Assembly (NCBI GenBank): GCA_045863335.1
Contig: BTVY01000010.1
Coordinates: 90,188 to 154,187 of the forward strand
DNA from: Candidatus Hydrogenedentota bacterium
GTDB taxonomy: Bacteria; Hydrogenedentota; Hydrogenedentia; Hydrogenedentales; SLHB01
Length of the DNA: 64,000 nucleotides
Reading direction: 5' to 3'
Positions 39,849 to 50,067 of the stretch are shown here, one piece after another. The notes below the pieces were generated by a model, which worked only from the letters and a program-made list of their open reading frames with translations, was not told where the DNA came from and searched no databases. A program made the translations under genes and the position numbers. Within the stretch, counting starts at the first letter, position 1; every line of letters begins with the position of its first letter.

Positions 39849-40910
39849 ATGGAAACCGTGAAAATTCGCTTGCGCAAACCGACGCGGGTGTTTACTTTTT
39901 TGAGCGACAACATCCCCTTGGAACGGGAAGACGACTGTATCGTCCGTAGCGACCGGGGCCTGGAATGGGGCACCTGCGTCGTGCCGCCGGAGCCGTGTCC
40001 GGAAGATCTGAAGAACCGCTACAAGATGAACGTGGTGCGGAAGGTCAATCACAGCGACGAGAGCACCTACCGGCAGATCCAGGAAGAGGAAGCGCGGGCG
40101 AAAGAGTTGTGCGCGACGCGCATCCGCGAACATAAGCTTCCGATGAAGCTGGTCGACGTGGAATACACTTTCGACAAGCACAAGGTCATCTTTTACTTTA
40201 CCGCCGCCGACCGGGTGGATTTTCGCCAGCTCGTGCGGGATCTGGCGCAAGAGTTGAAGACGCGGATCGAGCTGCGTCACATCCAGGTGCGCGACGAGGC
40301 AAAACTCACCGGCGGTATCGGCATGTGCGGTCGCGAGTTGTGTTGCTCGACGTGGTTGCGCGAGTTCAAACCCATCTCGATGAAGATGGCGAAGCGCCAG
40401 AATCTTTCGCTGAATCCGTCCAAGATCAGTGGTCAATGCGGCCGCTTGCTCTGCTGCCTCAGCTACGAAAACGAGATGTACAAGGAGCGCAGGCGGTCGG
40501 AAATAGACGCGCGGGATACGCCTAAGTCCGAGCCCGAACCCGCCGCATACGTGCAAGACGCCTTCGGCGCTGCGGGCGCGTTTCCGGACATGGAAGACCG
40601 GCCACCCCGCCCGGCTGACTGGCGCGAACGGCTTGACGAGATGGATGGCGGCGGCGAGGACGTAGTTGTCGATGATGATGCGTCCGAACGGGACGCCCAG
40701 CTACGCGAACGTGGCCCCCGGCGTTCGGAGCGTCCACGGCCGTCCGGCGCGCCCCAATCGCAGGGACGGCAGCAGGCTTCAGCGCCCGGTGCACAATCGG
40801 CTGACGGCGGCTCCAAGCGTCGAGGCCGGAGACGTCGCCGCCGGCGCCCGGGTGGTGGTTCGGGTGGTTCCGGTTCGAGTGACTCCGGAGGCGGAGAGTC
40901 CTCGTCCTGA
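39849..40910 (+). CDS. PSP1/YaaT (RicT)-family protein with low-complexity C-terminal tail
   Basis: RVDFR.LV..LA...TRIELR, G.CGRELCCS, MAK.QNLSLNP.KISG.CGRL.CCL.YE. Confidence 0.92.
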   Translation: METVKIRLRKPTRVFTFLSDNIPLEREDDCIVRSDRGLEWGTCVVPPEPCPEDLKNRYKMNVVRKVNHSDESTYRQIQEEEARAKELCATRIREHKLPMKLVDVEYTFDKHKVIFYFTAADRVDFRQLVRDLAQELKTRIELRHIQVRDEAKLTGGIGMCGRELCCSTWLREFKPISMKMAKRQNLSLNPSKISGQCGRLLCCLSYENEMYKERRRSEIDARDTPKSEPEPAAYVQDAFGAAGAFPDMEDRPPRPADWRERLDEMDGGGEDVVVDDDASERDAQLRERGPRRSERPRPSGAPQSQGRQQASAPGAQSADGGSKRRGRRRRRRRPGGGSGGSGSSDSGGGESSS

Positions 40911-41671
40911 TGGGACTGGTCGACACGCATTGCCATCTCCAATCGGAACGTTTTGACGAGGATCGCGCCGCCGTGTTGAGGCGAGCCCTGGATGCCCTCG
41001 ACTGGATCGTGTTGATTGGAGATAACCTGGAATCGAGTCAGGCCGCCGTAGACCTGCTCCAGAATGGCGTGTATGCCGCAGTAGGTGTCCATCCTTATCA
41101 CCCGGAGCAAGCCGACGATGAGGGTATCAAACGGTTGCGCGCCCTTGCCGGAGTTCCGCGCGTCGTTGCTATTGGTGAAATCGGAATCGATTATTACAAG
41201 TACAACGAAGCGCCGCGCGATTTGCAGCAGCGGGCCTTTCATGCGCAACTTGAACTCGCGGCGGATCTCCGTCTCCCCGTCGTGATACACAATCGGGATT
41301 CCCAGGAAGATGTCGCCGCCATCCTCGACGAGCACCACGAATCCTTGTGCGGAGGCATCATGCACTGCTTTTCCGGAGACGGAGCTTTCGTGGAGCGCTG
41401 CCTCTCTTGGGACTTTCATGTTTCCTTCGCGGGCAACGTGACCTTTCCCAAGGCGCAAGAACTCCGTGACGCGGCAAAGGCCGTGCCGATGAACCGTCTA
41501 TTGGTCGAGACCGATAGTCCCTATCTTGCGCCCCAGCCCGTTCGCGGCAAACGGTGCGAACCCGCCTTTGTGCGGTACACGGCCGAGACTCTTGCTGCGG
41601 TCAAGGGCATTGAGGTGGACGAGTTGACCGCGCAAACGACGGAGAACGCGCGCGCGTTGTTTGGCATTTGA
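40910..41671 (+). CDS. tatD: TatD-family nuclease
   Basis: DTHCHL, GVHP, GEIGIDY, IH.RD, HCFSG, ETDSPYLAP. Confidence 0.92.
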   Translation: MGLVDTHCHLQSERFDEDRAAVLRRALDALDWIVLIGDNLESSQAAVDLLQNGVYAAVGVHPYHPEQADDEGIKRLRALAGVPRVVAIGEIGIDYYKYNEAPRDLQQRAFHAQLELAADLRLPVVIHNRDSQEDVAAILDEHHESLCGGIMHCFSGDGAFVERCLSWDFHVSFAGNVTFPKAQELRDAAKAVPMNRLLVETDSPYLAPQPVRGKRCEPAFVRYTAETLAAVKGIEVDELTAQTTENARALFGI

Positions 41672-41741
41672 TTGGGTAGTCGTTGCAGATCGGTCGAAGC
41701 CCGGGAGGATGCAGGCTTCGACAGAGTCGGTACGCAGATAC

Positions 41742-42191
41742 TCAGGTGAGGAGGGTTTTGAGTTCGTTCATGAACTCGTTGAGATCCTTGAACTGGCGGT
41801 ACACCGATGCGAAACGCACATAAGCCACTTCGTCCAGTTCTTTGAGTCGCTCCATGACCGCGAGGCCGATCGCATCGGTAGAGACTTCGTGCTCGGTTGA
41901 GTTGAAAAGCCCGCGCTCCACGTCGTCGATGAGCGCCTCGACCTGTTCCAATCCCACCGGCCGTTTCTCCACGGCCTTGAGGATTCCGCTCTTGATCTTC
42001 CAGCGGTCAAAGGGTTCGCGGCGGCCATCTTTCTTGATGACCATTTGCGCGACTTCTTCGATGCGTTCGTAGGTCGTGTAGCGGCGCGCGCACTTCAAAC
42101 ATTCGCGACGCCGGCGAATGGAATCGCCTTCCTTGGAGGAACGGGAGTCGACCACTTTGCTTTCCAGGAACGCGCAGAACGGACAACGCAT
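41742..42191 (-). CDS. nrdR: Transcriptional repressor NrdR
   Basis: MRCPFC...VVDSR...RRRREC..C..RYTTYE, ATP-cone, [10 protein letters not shown]. Confidence 0.97.
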   Translation of the reverse strand: MRCPFCAFLESKVVDSRSSKEGDSIRRRRECLKCARRYTTYERIEEVAQMVIKKDGRREPFDRWKIKSGILKAVEKRPVGLEQVEALIDDVERGLFNSTEHEVSTDAIGLAVMERLKELDEVAYVRFASVYRQFKDLNEFMNELKTLLT

Positions 42192-42255
42192 TGGCTATTC
42201 AATTCCTATCTACCATCGGGCCGACCACAAGCGCATCGCGGCAAAATCCTTGACA

Positions 42256-42304
42256 CATCTATATATTGTGCCAAGGTCAATTTAGCACATACAACATAAT
42301 GCGT
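42256..42304. promoter_or_regulatory. Tandem NrdR boxes upstream of nrdR
   Basis: catCTATATATTGtgc (strong) and ataCAACATAATGcgt (weak) 33 bp apart; consensus acaCwAtATaTwGtgt. Confidence 0.6.
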
Positions 42305-42852
42305 CAAGAAAAAAAGGAGAGGGTAACCGTTCCGTAGGATGCATCGCGGACTCGGGTCAAGGAACCGGCGCGATCCGGCATGGGGTTGTCTGTCGCATGT
42401 TCAATGATAACAATGGCTTGCGCGGAAAGAAGTTCGTGTTGAAGCAGCCGATCCAGAAGCGTTTCGTAAGCCGTGAAATCGAAGGGCGGGTCGGCATAAA
42501 CCACGTCGAAGGGCGGCTCCAAATGCTGAAGTTGCGCTATCCCTTGGGGCAGTGCGAGACGATGACAGGCAGCCTTGGGGCTCAGGCGCGTCTTCTCGAG
42601 ATTGTGTTGCACGATATCGAGGCACTGGCGATCCTGATCGATGAACGCGCAATGGGATGCGCCGCGGCTCAGCGCTTCGATGCCGTTTGCGCCGCTTCCA
42701 GCGAATAGATCGGCGAAGCGGCAGCCCTCCAATCGCGGCATGAGGATGCTGAACGCGGCCTCGCGCACCCGGTCGAGTGTTGGCCGGACGCGCTTTCCTT
42801 CGGCCGTTTCGAGGCGAATGCCGCGGGCCGTACCCGCGATGACGCGAAGCAT
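42304..42852 (-). CDS. rsmD: 16S rRNA m2G966 methyltransferase
   Basis: MLRVIAG..RG, RPT.DRVRE, DLFAGSGA.GIEALSRGA, DPPF, IEH. Confidence 0.93.
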   Translation of the reverse strand: MLRVIAGTARGIRLETAEGKRVRPTLDRVREAAFSILMPRLEGCRFADLFAGSGANGIEALSRGASHCAFIDQDRQCLDIVQHNLEKTRLSPKAACHRLALPQGIAQLQHLEPPFDVVYADPPFDFTAYETLLDRLLQHELLSAQAIVIIEHATDNPMPDRAGSLTRVRDASYGTVTLSFFS

Positions 42853-43646
42853 CAGCCCCTGGCTTCTTCGACGAAGCGCTTCAGCATGGTGAGATTATGT
42901 TGCCCCACGCGCTCCGGCGGTCCGCAATGGCTCTCGATCGTTACGTGCTCCACGATCTGGTCCTCCACCAACGCGCGCATTTGCCCCCGCCAGTCGCAAA
43001 CCCCTTCGCCGATAGGACGCCATTCCGCGCGCCCTTCGGATGTGATGACGACGTCCTTGGCGTGGACGTTCCGGATGTACTCCTTCACCGTCTCGTATCC
43101 GTCGGGGAAACCTTCTTCCGCGCCTTCTTTCAGATTGGCAAGGTCCCAGTTCGCGCCCAGGTTGGGCCGGTCGCACTGTTGCAACAAGGACGCAATGCGT
43201 TCGGGCGTGTTGAACTTGCAGTGCGTTTCGTTTTCGACGGCCGCGTGAAGCTCGAAGTCGGCAAGTTGATCGGCAAATGATCCGATTCGTGCCACGGCTT
43301 CCTTGTCCGTCCCGGGTGTCGATTCGAGTCCGAAGCAGATGAGTAAGGGAATTTCGCAGGCCTGCATAAAATCAACCGCCACATGCAACCCTTCGCCGGT
43401 CGCGTAGGCGATATGGGGCTCGTCGTCGATACGGGTCTTGAAGAACCCAGGCGAGACTGCGGTGTACGCGATGTCGTATTCATCCTGCAGATCGACCAGC
43501 CGGTCCAGCACGTTGAGCGGCAGGCGGGGAAACCGTTTGTCATGCACATGACGGATCTCGAACTCGCGGACGCCCCATTCGAGGGCCATCTCAACGGCCT
43601 CGCGAGGGTCCTGGCTAAGTTCATCTGTTACAAATCCGAAACGCAC
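42852..43646 (-). CDS. Sugar phosphate isomerase/epimerase (xylose-isomerase-like TIM barrel)
   Basis: TDELSQD, VENE, NWD.AN, VHAKD, PIGEG, TIESH. Confidence 0.85.
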   Translation of the reverse strand: MRFGFVTDELSQDPREAVEMALEWGVREFEIRHVHDKRFPRLPLNVLDRLVDLQDEYDIAYTAVSPGFFKTRIDDEPHIAYATGEGLHVAVDFMQACEIPLLICFGLESTPGTDKEAVARIGSFADQLADFELHAAVENETHCKFNTPERIASLLQQCDRPNLGANWDLANLKEGAEEGFPDGYETVKEYIRNVHAKDVVITSEGRAEWRPIGEGVCDWRGQMRALVEDQIVEHVTIESHCGPPERVGQHNLTMLKRFVEEARG

Positions 43647-43664
43647 CTCACACCTCGTGATTTG

Positions 43665-44744
43665 TTATCCGTTTAACCAACTGTCGCGGTGTTCTTCGAC
43701 AAAGGCATCGTCATTGAGATGCGGATAGTCGCGGTAAACGCGGTCGATTTCTTCGCGCTGCCCCGGCGACAATCGCTCGTTTGGATCGAGGCACCGGCGC
43801 GTCGACACCAAGCCTTGCCGCAAGAGCACATCATGGATTCCCGCAATGCAACCCTGGAAGCCGTTGGCTACGTCAAAGAACGCGGCGTTCGAGTCCGTGA
43901 CTTCGACCGCGCGCGTCATCAAGCCGGGAGGCACGTCCCCGCCGGTCCTCACCACGCGATGGCATTCATCGAGCAGCTCCACCGCGCGGCGTGTCCAACA
44001 CGCCCAATGGCCAAGCAGTCCACCCACAATGCGAAGCGATACGCGCTTCTTGCCCACCGCGATACGATATGTGGTCAAGAGGTCGACGACGATGTTGTCG
44101 TCGTTGCCTGTGTACAAGGCGATGTCCGAGGCGCGGCCCACTTCCGCCACGGCGCGCACGACGTCGAGGGTCTGATACCGGTTGAAAGGGGCCATTTTGA
44201 TGGCGACGACATTCTCGATTTCCGCGAACGTACGCCAGAACCCGACGGGCAGCACACGCCCACCGACTGCGGGTTGAAGATAGAACCCCATAATGGGGAT
44301 CTCCTCTGCAACGCGACGGCAGTGGTCGACCATCTGCGGTACGGTGAATGCCGACAGCGCGGCCAGGCTCAGCAGGCCCGCATCATATCCGGTCTCGCGC
44401 AGGAACGTAGCTTCGCGCACGGCTTGCGGCGTTTTTCCGCAAATGCCGCCAACCTTCACGACAGGCCTCTTGGTCGCGCGGGTGTACTCGTTCATCGTCT
44501 CGGCGGCGAGTTGCAGAACGGGTTTGAACAACCCAACTTGTTTGTCGCGAATGGCGAATTGGGTCGTATGCACGCCCACGGCGACACCACCGGAGCCGGC
44601 GTGACAGTAATACCGTGTAAGCGCGCGCTGCCGCCGCTCGTCGAGCTTTCCAGCGCGGGTCAATGCCAGGGGATGGGCCGGGATTACCATGCCCGAACGA
44701 ATCCGTCGCAAAACGGCAGGGGCCAGTTTGGGATAGGTCGCCAT
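43665..44744 (-). CDS. Dihydrodipicolinate synthase-family aldolase/lyase
   Basis: VIPAHPLAL, GVHTTQF, FYLQP, AIK.APFNRY, YTGNDD. Confidence 0.85.
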   Translation of the reverse strand: MATYPKLAPAVLRRIRSGMVIPAHPLALTRAGKLDERRQRALTRYYCHAGSGGVAVGVHTTQFAIRDKQVGLFKPVLQLAAETMNEYTRATKRPVVKVGGICGKTPQAVREATFLRETGYDAGLLSLAALSAFTVPQMVDHCRRVAEEIPIMGFYLQPAVGGRVLPVGFWRTFAEIENVVAIKMAPFNRYQTLDVVRAVAEVGRASDIALYTGNDDNIVVDLLTTYRIAVGKKRVSLRIVGGLLGHWACWTRRAVELLDECHRVVRTGGDVPPGLMTRAVEVTDSNAAFFDVANGFQGCIAGIHDVLLRQGLVSTRRCLDPNERLSPGQREEIDRVYRDYPHLNDDAFVEEHRDSWLNG

Positions 44745-44746
44745 GA

Positions 44747-45775
44747 TCAGAACTTTCCGTCCCGGGTTTCATAGTGTGTCGGTTTGCCAAGGGTAGAACC
44801 GCCGCGTTTCAGCCACTCCGCGACCCACTGAATCAGCGTATCGAGGTCGACATCCGGCGAGCCGAACAGCTCGTGACAGCGCGATGCATTGCTGAGGAGA
44901 GCAGTCTCCGACTCGGTGCCGGAAAACGTCACGGGCCGGTCCAGATACTCGCCCAGGCGCGATGCCATGTCGCGGATGGATATGGTTTCGGAACCTGTCA
45001 CATTGAGTATCGCCGGGGGCGTCGCAGCTAGTTGCAGGCACCGAAGCGCCACGGAGTTGGCATAGCGCTGCCAAATCACGTTCACGTAACCCGTGGTTAA
45101 GTCGACCGGTTCTCCGTTGAGAATACGCGTTGCCACATCGACGATGATTCCGTAGCGCAACTCGACGGCGTAGTTAAGCCGGTAGTGAACGACACGCGCG
45201 CCTTTCTCGTTCCCCACATAGTCGAACATGCGCTCCCGTCCTAAGCAGGACATGGCGTATTCGCCGACCGGGTTGGGCTGAGTGGCTTCCGTGACGCCGC
45301 CGGACTCGACGGAAACAAAGGGGTACACATTGCCCGAGGAAAACGCCACGATGCGGGACCCGGCATAGTGTTCCCCGACCCGGCCCGCGGCCAGCACGTT
45401 CGTGGCCCAGGTGTTCCATTCGGCGCCGGTCGATCCGAACTTCCGGCCCACCATGTAGATCACGTTTTCCGCTTCAGGTAGCAGGCTTACCGCATCCGCA
45501 TTCAAAAGATCGGCTTGGTGTGTTTCCACATCCGCAGCATGCAAGGCATCACGGAGTCCAGGTTGAGAGAACGTAGAAACGCCGATCACGCGCCGTCTTG
45601 TCGCAGACTCCTGCGTTGCGCGCACGGCCATTCGCGCGAGGGTGGGTCCCATCTTGCCACCCACGCCGAGGATAACGATATCGCCGCTCAGCTCGCGGAA
45701 ATACTCGACAAGGCCGTCATCCGGCCGGCTGAGGATTTCCTCCAGAGACTCGTTGGTATTGATGATCGCGCGCAT
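44747..45775 (-). CDS. NAD-dependent epimerase/dehydratase
   Basis: GVGGKMG, GRKFG, FSSGNVY, YAMSCLGRER. Confidence 0.85.
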   Translation of the reverse strand: MRAIINTNESLEEILSRPDDGLVEYFRELSGDIVILGVGGKMGPTLARMAVRATQESATRRRVIGVSTFSQPGLRDALHAADVETHQADLLNADAVSLLPEAENVIYMVGRKFGSTGAEWNTWATNVLAAGRVGEHYAGSRIVAFSSGNVYPFVSVESGGVTEATQPNPVGEYAMSCLGRERMFDYVGNEKGARVVHYRLNYAVELRYGIIVDVATRILNGEPVDLTTGYVNVIWQRYANSVALRCLQLAATPPAILNVTGSETISIRDMASRLGEYLDRPVTFSGTESETALLSNASRCHELFGSPDVDLDTLIQWVAEWLKRGGSTLGKPTHYETRDGKF

Positions 45776-45880
45776 GAAAACTCCGAAACTGCAGGCCGCT
45801 CAAACCCCGATTTTGCCACAGCCACCTGCGGGGCGCAATGAGTGGACGGGGAGGAAGGAGTTGCGGAGCTACCACAAGAG

Positions 45881-48244
45881 TCAGTCGGCGAGCAACTCGC
45901 GGACCGTGTCCATAACGACCGTGGATTGAAAAGGTTTGGCGACGAAACGGATGTTCTCCCGGTTCAACAGGCTGGGCTCAAGCGCTTCACTGCCGTAGCC
46001 ACTCGACACGATGCAGCGCAGGGCGGGATTCATCTCCGTGAGCAGCTCCAAGGCACGTGCGCCGCCCATGCCGGGCATGACGATGTCCAGAATCACCAAC
46101 GCAATCTCGTTTTTGCGTTGCTTGTAAATCTCGATTGCCTCCTCTCCGGTGCTCGCGTCGATGACATCGTAGCCCGCCATACCCAGGATGTCCTGAAGCA
46201 GCGTGCGCAACAACTTTTCGTCGTCGACCACGAGGATAAGCGCATCGCCCGTGCGTTCTTCCTGCGTGGGTGCGGGCGCCGCCAGCTCGACCGGAGTCTC
46301 CCGTCCTGCGGACGGAAGATAGACCTCGATTCGCGTGCCTTTACCTTCTTCCGACTGGACCCGGAGTCCGCCGCCGTGGGCCTGGATGATGCCGTATACC
46401 ACCGATAATCCCATTCCGATGGCTTTCCCCTGCTGCTTCGTCGAGAAGAAGGGATCGAACATCCGGCGCACCACGTCGGGTGGCATGCCAATGCCCGTGT
46501 CTTCCACGGTAAGCCGAACGAAGGAACCGCGCGTCGGCACGTGGACCTTTTCGGCCAAGGCATCATCGACTTCCACATTCGCGGTCGAAAGCTTGATTTC
46601 TCCGGCGCGGCCTGCCATGGCGTCGCGGGAATTCAGGCACAGGTTCATCACGATCTGGTGGATTTGCGTACGGTCGGCTTCAACAAGATCGAGACTGGGC
46701 GTAGCATCGAAACCGATCCGCACGTTGGGATCCAGCGTGTGGGACAAGAGATTGACTGTTTCCCCCACGATGACGTTGAGTGATAGCGTTTCCGTGTTTC
46801 GAGCGCCGGCCTGCGCGAAGGTCAGGAGCTGGTTGGTCAGCTCTGACGCGCGCAAGGCGGAATCCTCAATCGCCACCATGCGGCGGTAATGGGGCGATTC
46901 AGGCGGGAGTTCTTGTCGCACCAGCGTCGCGTAGCCCAATACGCCGGCCATGATGTTGTTGAAGTCGTGGGCGATTCCGCCGGCCAGGCGGCCTATGCTA
47001 TCCATCTTCTGCACTTCAAGGAGCTTTGCCTGAAGTGCTTCGCGCTCGGTGACGTCGACGACAACGCCTGCGGCAGCGATGACCATGCCGGTCTCGTCGG
47101 ACACGGGTGCTACCGCTCCATTGCACACCCGTGTTTCGCCATCAGTGCGATGGATGACGATATTGCGGAACTCGGCGTGCTTGCCGTGGTTCAGTACACG
47201 ATCCTGAATCCCTTCCAGAACCGTATCCGCGTTCAGCAGGATTCTCGGCAACGCGGACGCAAGGGTTGCGTTCTGAATTTCGTCATCCGTCAGCCCGGTA
47301 ATTGCTTGCATGCGGGAGTTGAACTCGAGCAGTTCGCCCCGTCGATCGACGATGAAGAGCCCCACGTCTGCGGCCTGTAACGCGCGCGACAGCAGATTGC
47401 GCGAGGCGAGCAACTCCTGTTCCGTGCGCTTTCGTTCCTCAATGCTGCGGACGATAACGCACGCGCCGACGGACTCGCCTTGTTCATTGGTAACCGGGGA
47501 AAAACTGGCTCCGGCAGCGAAGCGGCTGCCGTCTTTACGTTGCGCGACGACTTCCAGTTCACGCTGGGGACCTTCATTGGCCACGTGCTCCACGAGATCG
47601 TCGCCTACGCCATCGATTCCGCCAATAAGCAAATCTCGAAACGAGCGCTTCTTCGCTTCTTCGGTCGTATATCCAAAGCACCGCTGCGCGCCCGCATTCC
47701 AAACTTGAATCGAGCCGTCGCTGCTCACGGCGAAGACGGCATCGGTGGACAACTCCACGAGGCGCGCCAGGTACTGGCTCGATTCGAACAACTTCTTGAA
47801 CCGGAGTTTCTCGGCCTCCGCGCGCTCATTCATCTTCGCCAGTTCGTACATGACGAACAACATGGTGATCAGAATGCAAATGTATCCGAAGGCCTCGCTG
47901 GTGCGTTCGGAAATTTCCTGTCCGAATCCGTTCGCCCCCATGAACGGGACACTCTCGAGCACCGCGAGCTGTTCCGTGAAATCAAGGAAGCGGGCGAGAA
48001 TGAGGAACACCGATCCTGCGATGAAGGAACGTGTAATATAACGACGCTGGGTGAGGCGCAACACAATGAGGCTCGCGCCGATCACCAGCCCCGCCGTTCC
48101 AAACAATTCGAAAAGGTCGCCCACGAAATTGTTGCCGGCGAACATGTTGGGGTAGAACGAAATGCCAAAGACGATCACGCCCAGAATGATGAGCGCCTTG
48201 GCGGGCGCGGTGACTACGACCCGCCGGGTGGAAGGTTCACCCAT
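45881..48244 (-). CDS. Membrane hybrid sensor histidine kinase (4 TM, 2 PAS, HisKA, HATPase, REC)
   Basis: AGGIAHDFNN H-box, NLCLNSRDAM, DTGIG, FFSTK, GMGL, VVDD...LD...KP receiver. Confidence 0.93.
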   Translation of the reverse strand: MGEPSTRRVVVTAPAKALIILGVIVFGISFYPNMFAGNNFVGDLFELFGTAGLVIGASLIVLRLTQRRYITRSFIAGSVFLILARFLDFTEQLAVLESVPFMGANGFGQEISERTSEAFGYICILITMLFVMYELAKMNERAEAEKLRFKKLFESSQYLARLVELSTDAVFAVSSDGSIQVWNAGAQRCFGYTTEEAKKRSFRDLLIGGIDGVGDDLVEHVANEGPQRELEVVAQRKDGSRFAAGASFSPVTNEQGESVGACVIVRSIEERKRTEQELLASRNLLSRALQAADVGLFIVDRRGELLEFNSRMQAITGLTDDEIQNATLASALPRILLNADTVLEGIQDRVLNHGKHAEFRNIVIHRTDGETRVCNGAVAPVSDETGMVIAAAGVVVDVTEREALQAKLLEVQKMDSIGRLAGGIAHDFNNIMAGVLGYATLVRQELPPESPHYRRMVAIEDSALRASELTNQLLTFAQAGARNTETLSLNVIVGETVNLLSHTLDPNVRIGFDATPSLDLVEADRTQIHQIVMNLCLNSRDAMAGRAGEIKLSTANVEVDDALAEKVHVPTRGSFVRLTVEDTGIGMPPDVVRRMFDPFFSTKQQGKAIGMGLSVVYGIIQAHGGGLRVQSEEGKGTRIEVYLPSAGRETPVELAAPAPTQEERTGDALILVVDDEKLLRTLLQDILGMAGYDVIDASTGEEAIEIYKQRKNEIALVILDIVMPGMGGARALELLTEMNPALRCIVSSGYGSEALEPSLLNRENIRFVAKPFQSTVVMDTVRELLAD

Positions 48245-48776
48245 TGCGGAGCCACCCTTCCGGGACGGCGCGTCGCAAGCCTTCGCGCGAGGGGCAGAGG
48301 CCCACATATGGGTCATAATGCGAATAGACCGATAGTGTCAATTCATTTCCCCGTTCTGCCGATATGTTTCTATTCCCGTGATCATCGCGATCGCTCTCCG
48401 GACCGACGCCGTGGTGAGCAAACACGCCGTCAACGGGCTTGTGGAGTGGCCGACTCGAAGCAGCCCTAATTCCCGGCGGCTATCCCCGCTCCGGCGGCCC
48501 TCGTCGTCGCTATACTAAGGATTACGCCCAAGTCATGCAACGCGTAGAATGGGCCCGGCTTGCTGGCGCAGCTACCCGTTGTAATCCGGTGTGGACGCAT
48601 CGGCACCAGGGGTCTGGGTGTCATCACTAGCGCCGGGTGAAAAGGCACCATCGACCAAAACCCGTTCCGCCGCGCACGCGGGGCGGCCGCCTTGCATCTG
48701 CGGCCCATAACTCGGTATGATCCGCCCTTGGCTCGCCCCATACTCGCAGTTTCAAATTGGCTGCGATCACCATTGT

Positions 48777-48852
48777 GAACGGGTAGCTCAGTCGGTAGAG
48801 CATCGGACTTTTAATCCGGTGGTCGTGGGTTCGATCCCCACCCCGTTCACCA
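48777..48852 (+). tRNA. tRNA-Lys (anticodon TTT)
   Basis: Cloverleaf: GAACGGG/CCCGTTC acceptor, CTTTTAA loop, GTTCGA T-loop, encoded CCA; 76 nt. Confidence 0.96.
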
Positions 48853-48921
48853 TTTTTCACTGATTTCCCATCAATCGCCCCCGTTCTTGTAGGGCTGGTC
48901 TAAGTTGTGGCACCGCACGTT

Positions 48922-50046
48922 TCACGTCCGAAGCTTTCGTCGCACGTACTCCTCGCAGATTTGGTAGTAGCTGACCATGGAGGCGATATCGATCCATTCG
49001 TCTTGGCTGTGGATGTTGCCGACGATGGGTTGGGAGAGGTTGACCGGGATGCCGAAGTCGGCGATAAAGCGGGCGTCGCTGCCGCCCGAGGCGCGGGCGC
49101 GCAGGACGGGCTGGCCCGTGACGTCTTCGATGACCTGGCAGAAGAGGTCGTCGGGAGCGAGATGGGTCGGTTCAGATGCGACGAGGACGTCGATCGCGCA
49201 GTCCTCGCCCAGCACCTGCCGGATCTCATAGACTAGGGTATCCGACCGATAGGGCGGGGTGAAGCGCAGGTCCAAACCGGCGGTGGCCTTTTCGGGGATG
49301 CGATTGATGGACTCGTTGTCGCTATGAAGGATTGTGACGGAGCAGGTGGGGTACCACAACTCCCCGGCGGCATCCGGTTCTCCCTGGGCGTATTGGTCGA
49401 AGTGCCGGACGAGGGCGGTCAAACGGTCCATGAGCCGGTGCAAGGCGTTGACGCCTTGCCAGGGGCGCGCCGCGTGGGCCGCGTCGCCATGGCAGGTGAC
49501 GTTCAGGTGCAGGATACCTTTCTCTTCCACGGTGAGGCGGTTCAACGATCCGCCGTCGGGCATGACGGCCTGTCCGCAGCGCAAACCGACATCGCTGAAC
49601 AGGAAGCGCAATCCGTCTTCGCCGCCGCATTCCTCGTCAGATGTAACCGCGAGGCCCAGGGACAGGCCGGGCGTGCGCTGGTGCAGCGACCGGAACAGTT
49701 CGAGAAGGATGGCGAGGCTGCCTTTCATATCGCCCGCGCCCGGGCCGATGATGCGGCCGTCATGAACTGTCGATCCGTACGCATGAAGTTCCGGATGCTC
49801 GACCACGTCGAGGTGGGCGCACAACAGGATGGCGGGTGACGGGTGGCCTTCCGGGGTCGCGACTATCGAACCGTAGCCGTTGGATTCGTAACGCCGGATT
49901 CCAATGTCATCCAGGTTGTCGAGGTGGTTCGAGATGAGTTGGAAACAGCGTTCCCGTTCGTCGGGCCGGGCATCAGTGCTTCGTATCATGACTAAGTCGC
50001 GGGTCAACGCGGTCAGTCGCGCGGCGAGTTCAGGGTCGTTTTGCAT
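48922..50046 (-). CDS. M20-family metallo-hydrolase (ArgE/DapE-like)
   Basis: AHLDVV, GPGAGDMKG, SDEE.GG, EKG, H.ARPW.G.NA, GGSDAR, HS.DEW. Confidence 0.9.
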   Translation of the reverse strand: MQNDPELAARLTALTRDLVMIRSTDARPDERERCFQLISNHLDNLDDIGIRRYESNGYGSIVATPEGHPSPAILLCAHLDVVEHPELHAYGSTVHDGRIIGPGAGDMKGSLAILLELFRSLHQRTPGLSLGLAVTSDEECGGEDGLRFLFSDVGLRCGQAVMPDGGSLNRLTVEEKGILHLNVTCHGDAAHAARPWQGVNALHRLMDRLTALVRHFDQYAQGEPDAAGELWYPTCSVTILHSDNESINRIPEKATAGLDLRFTPPYRSDTLVYEIRQVLGEDCAIDVLVASEPTHLAPDDLFCQVIEDVTGQPVLRARASGGSDARFIADFGIPVNLSQPIVGNIHSQDEWIDIASMVSYYQICEEYVRRKLRT

Positions 50047-50067
50047 TGTGAAATCTTCCAACAACGT

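Noticed and set aside
48627-48860. 77 aa minus-strand ORF
   Set aside because: Antisense translation of tRNA-Lys
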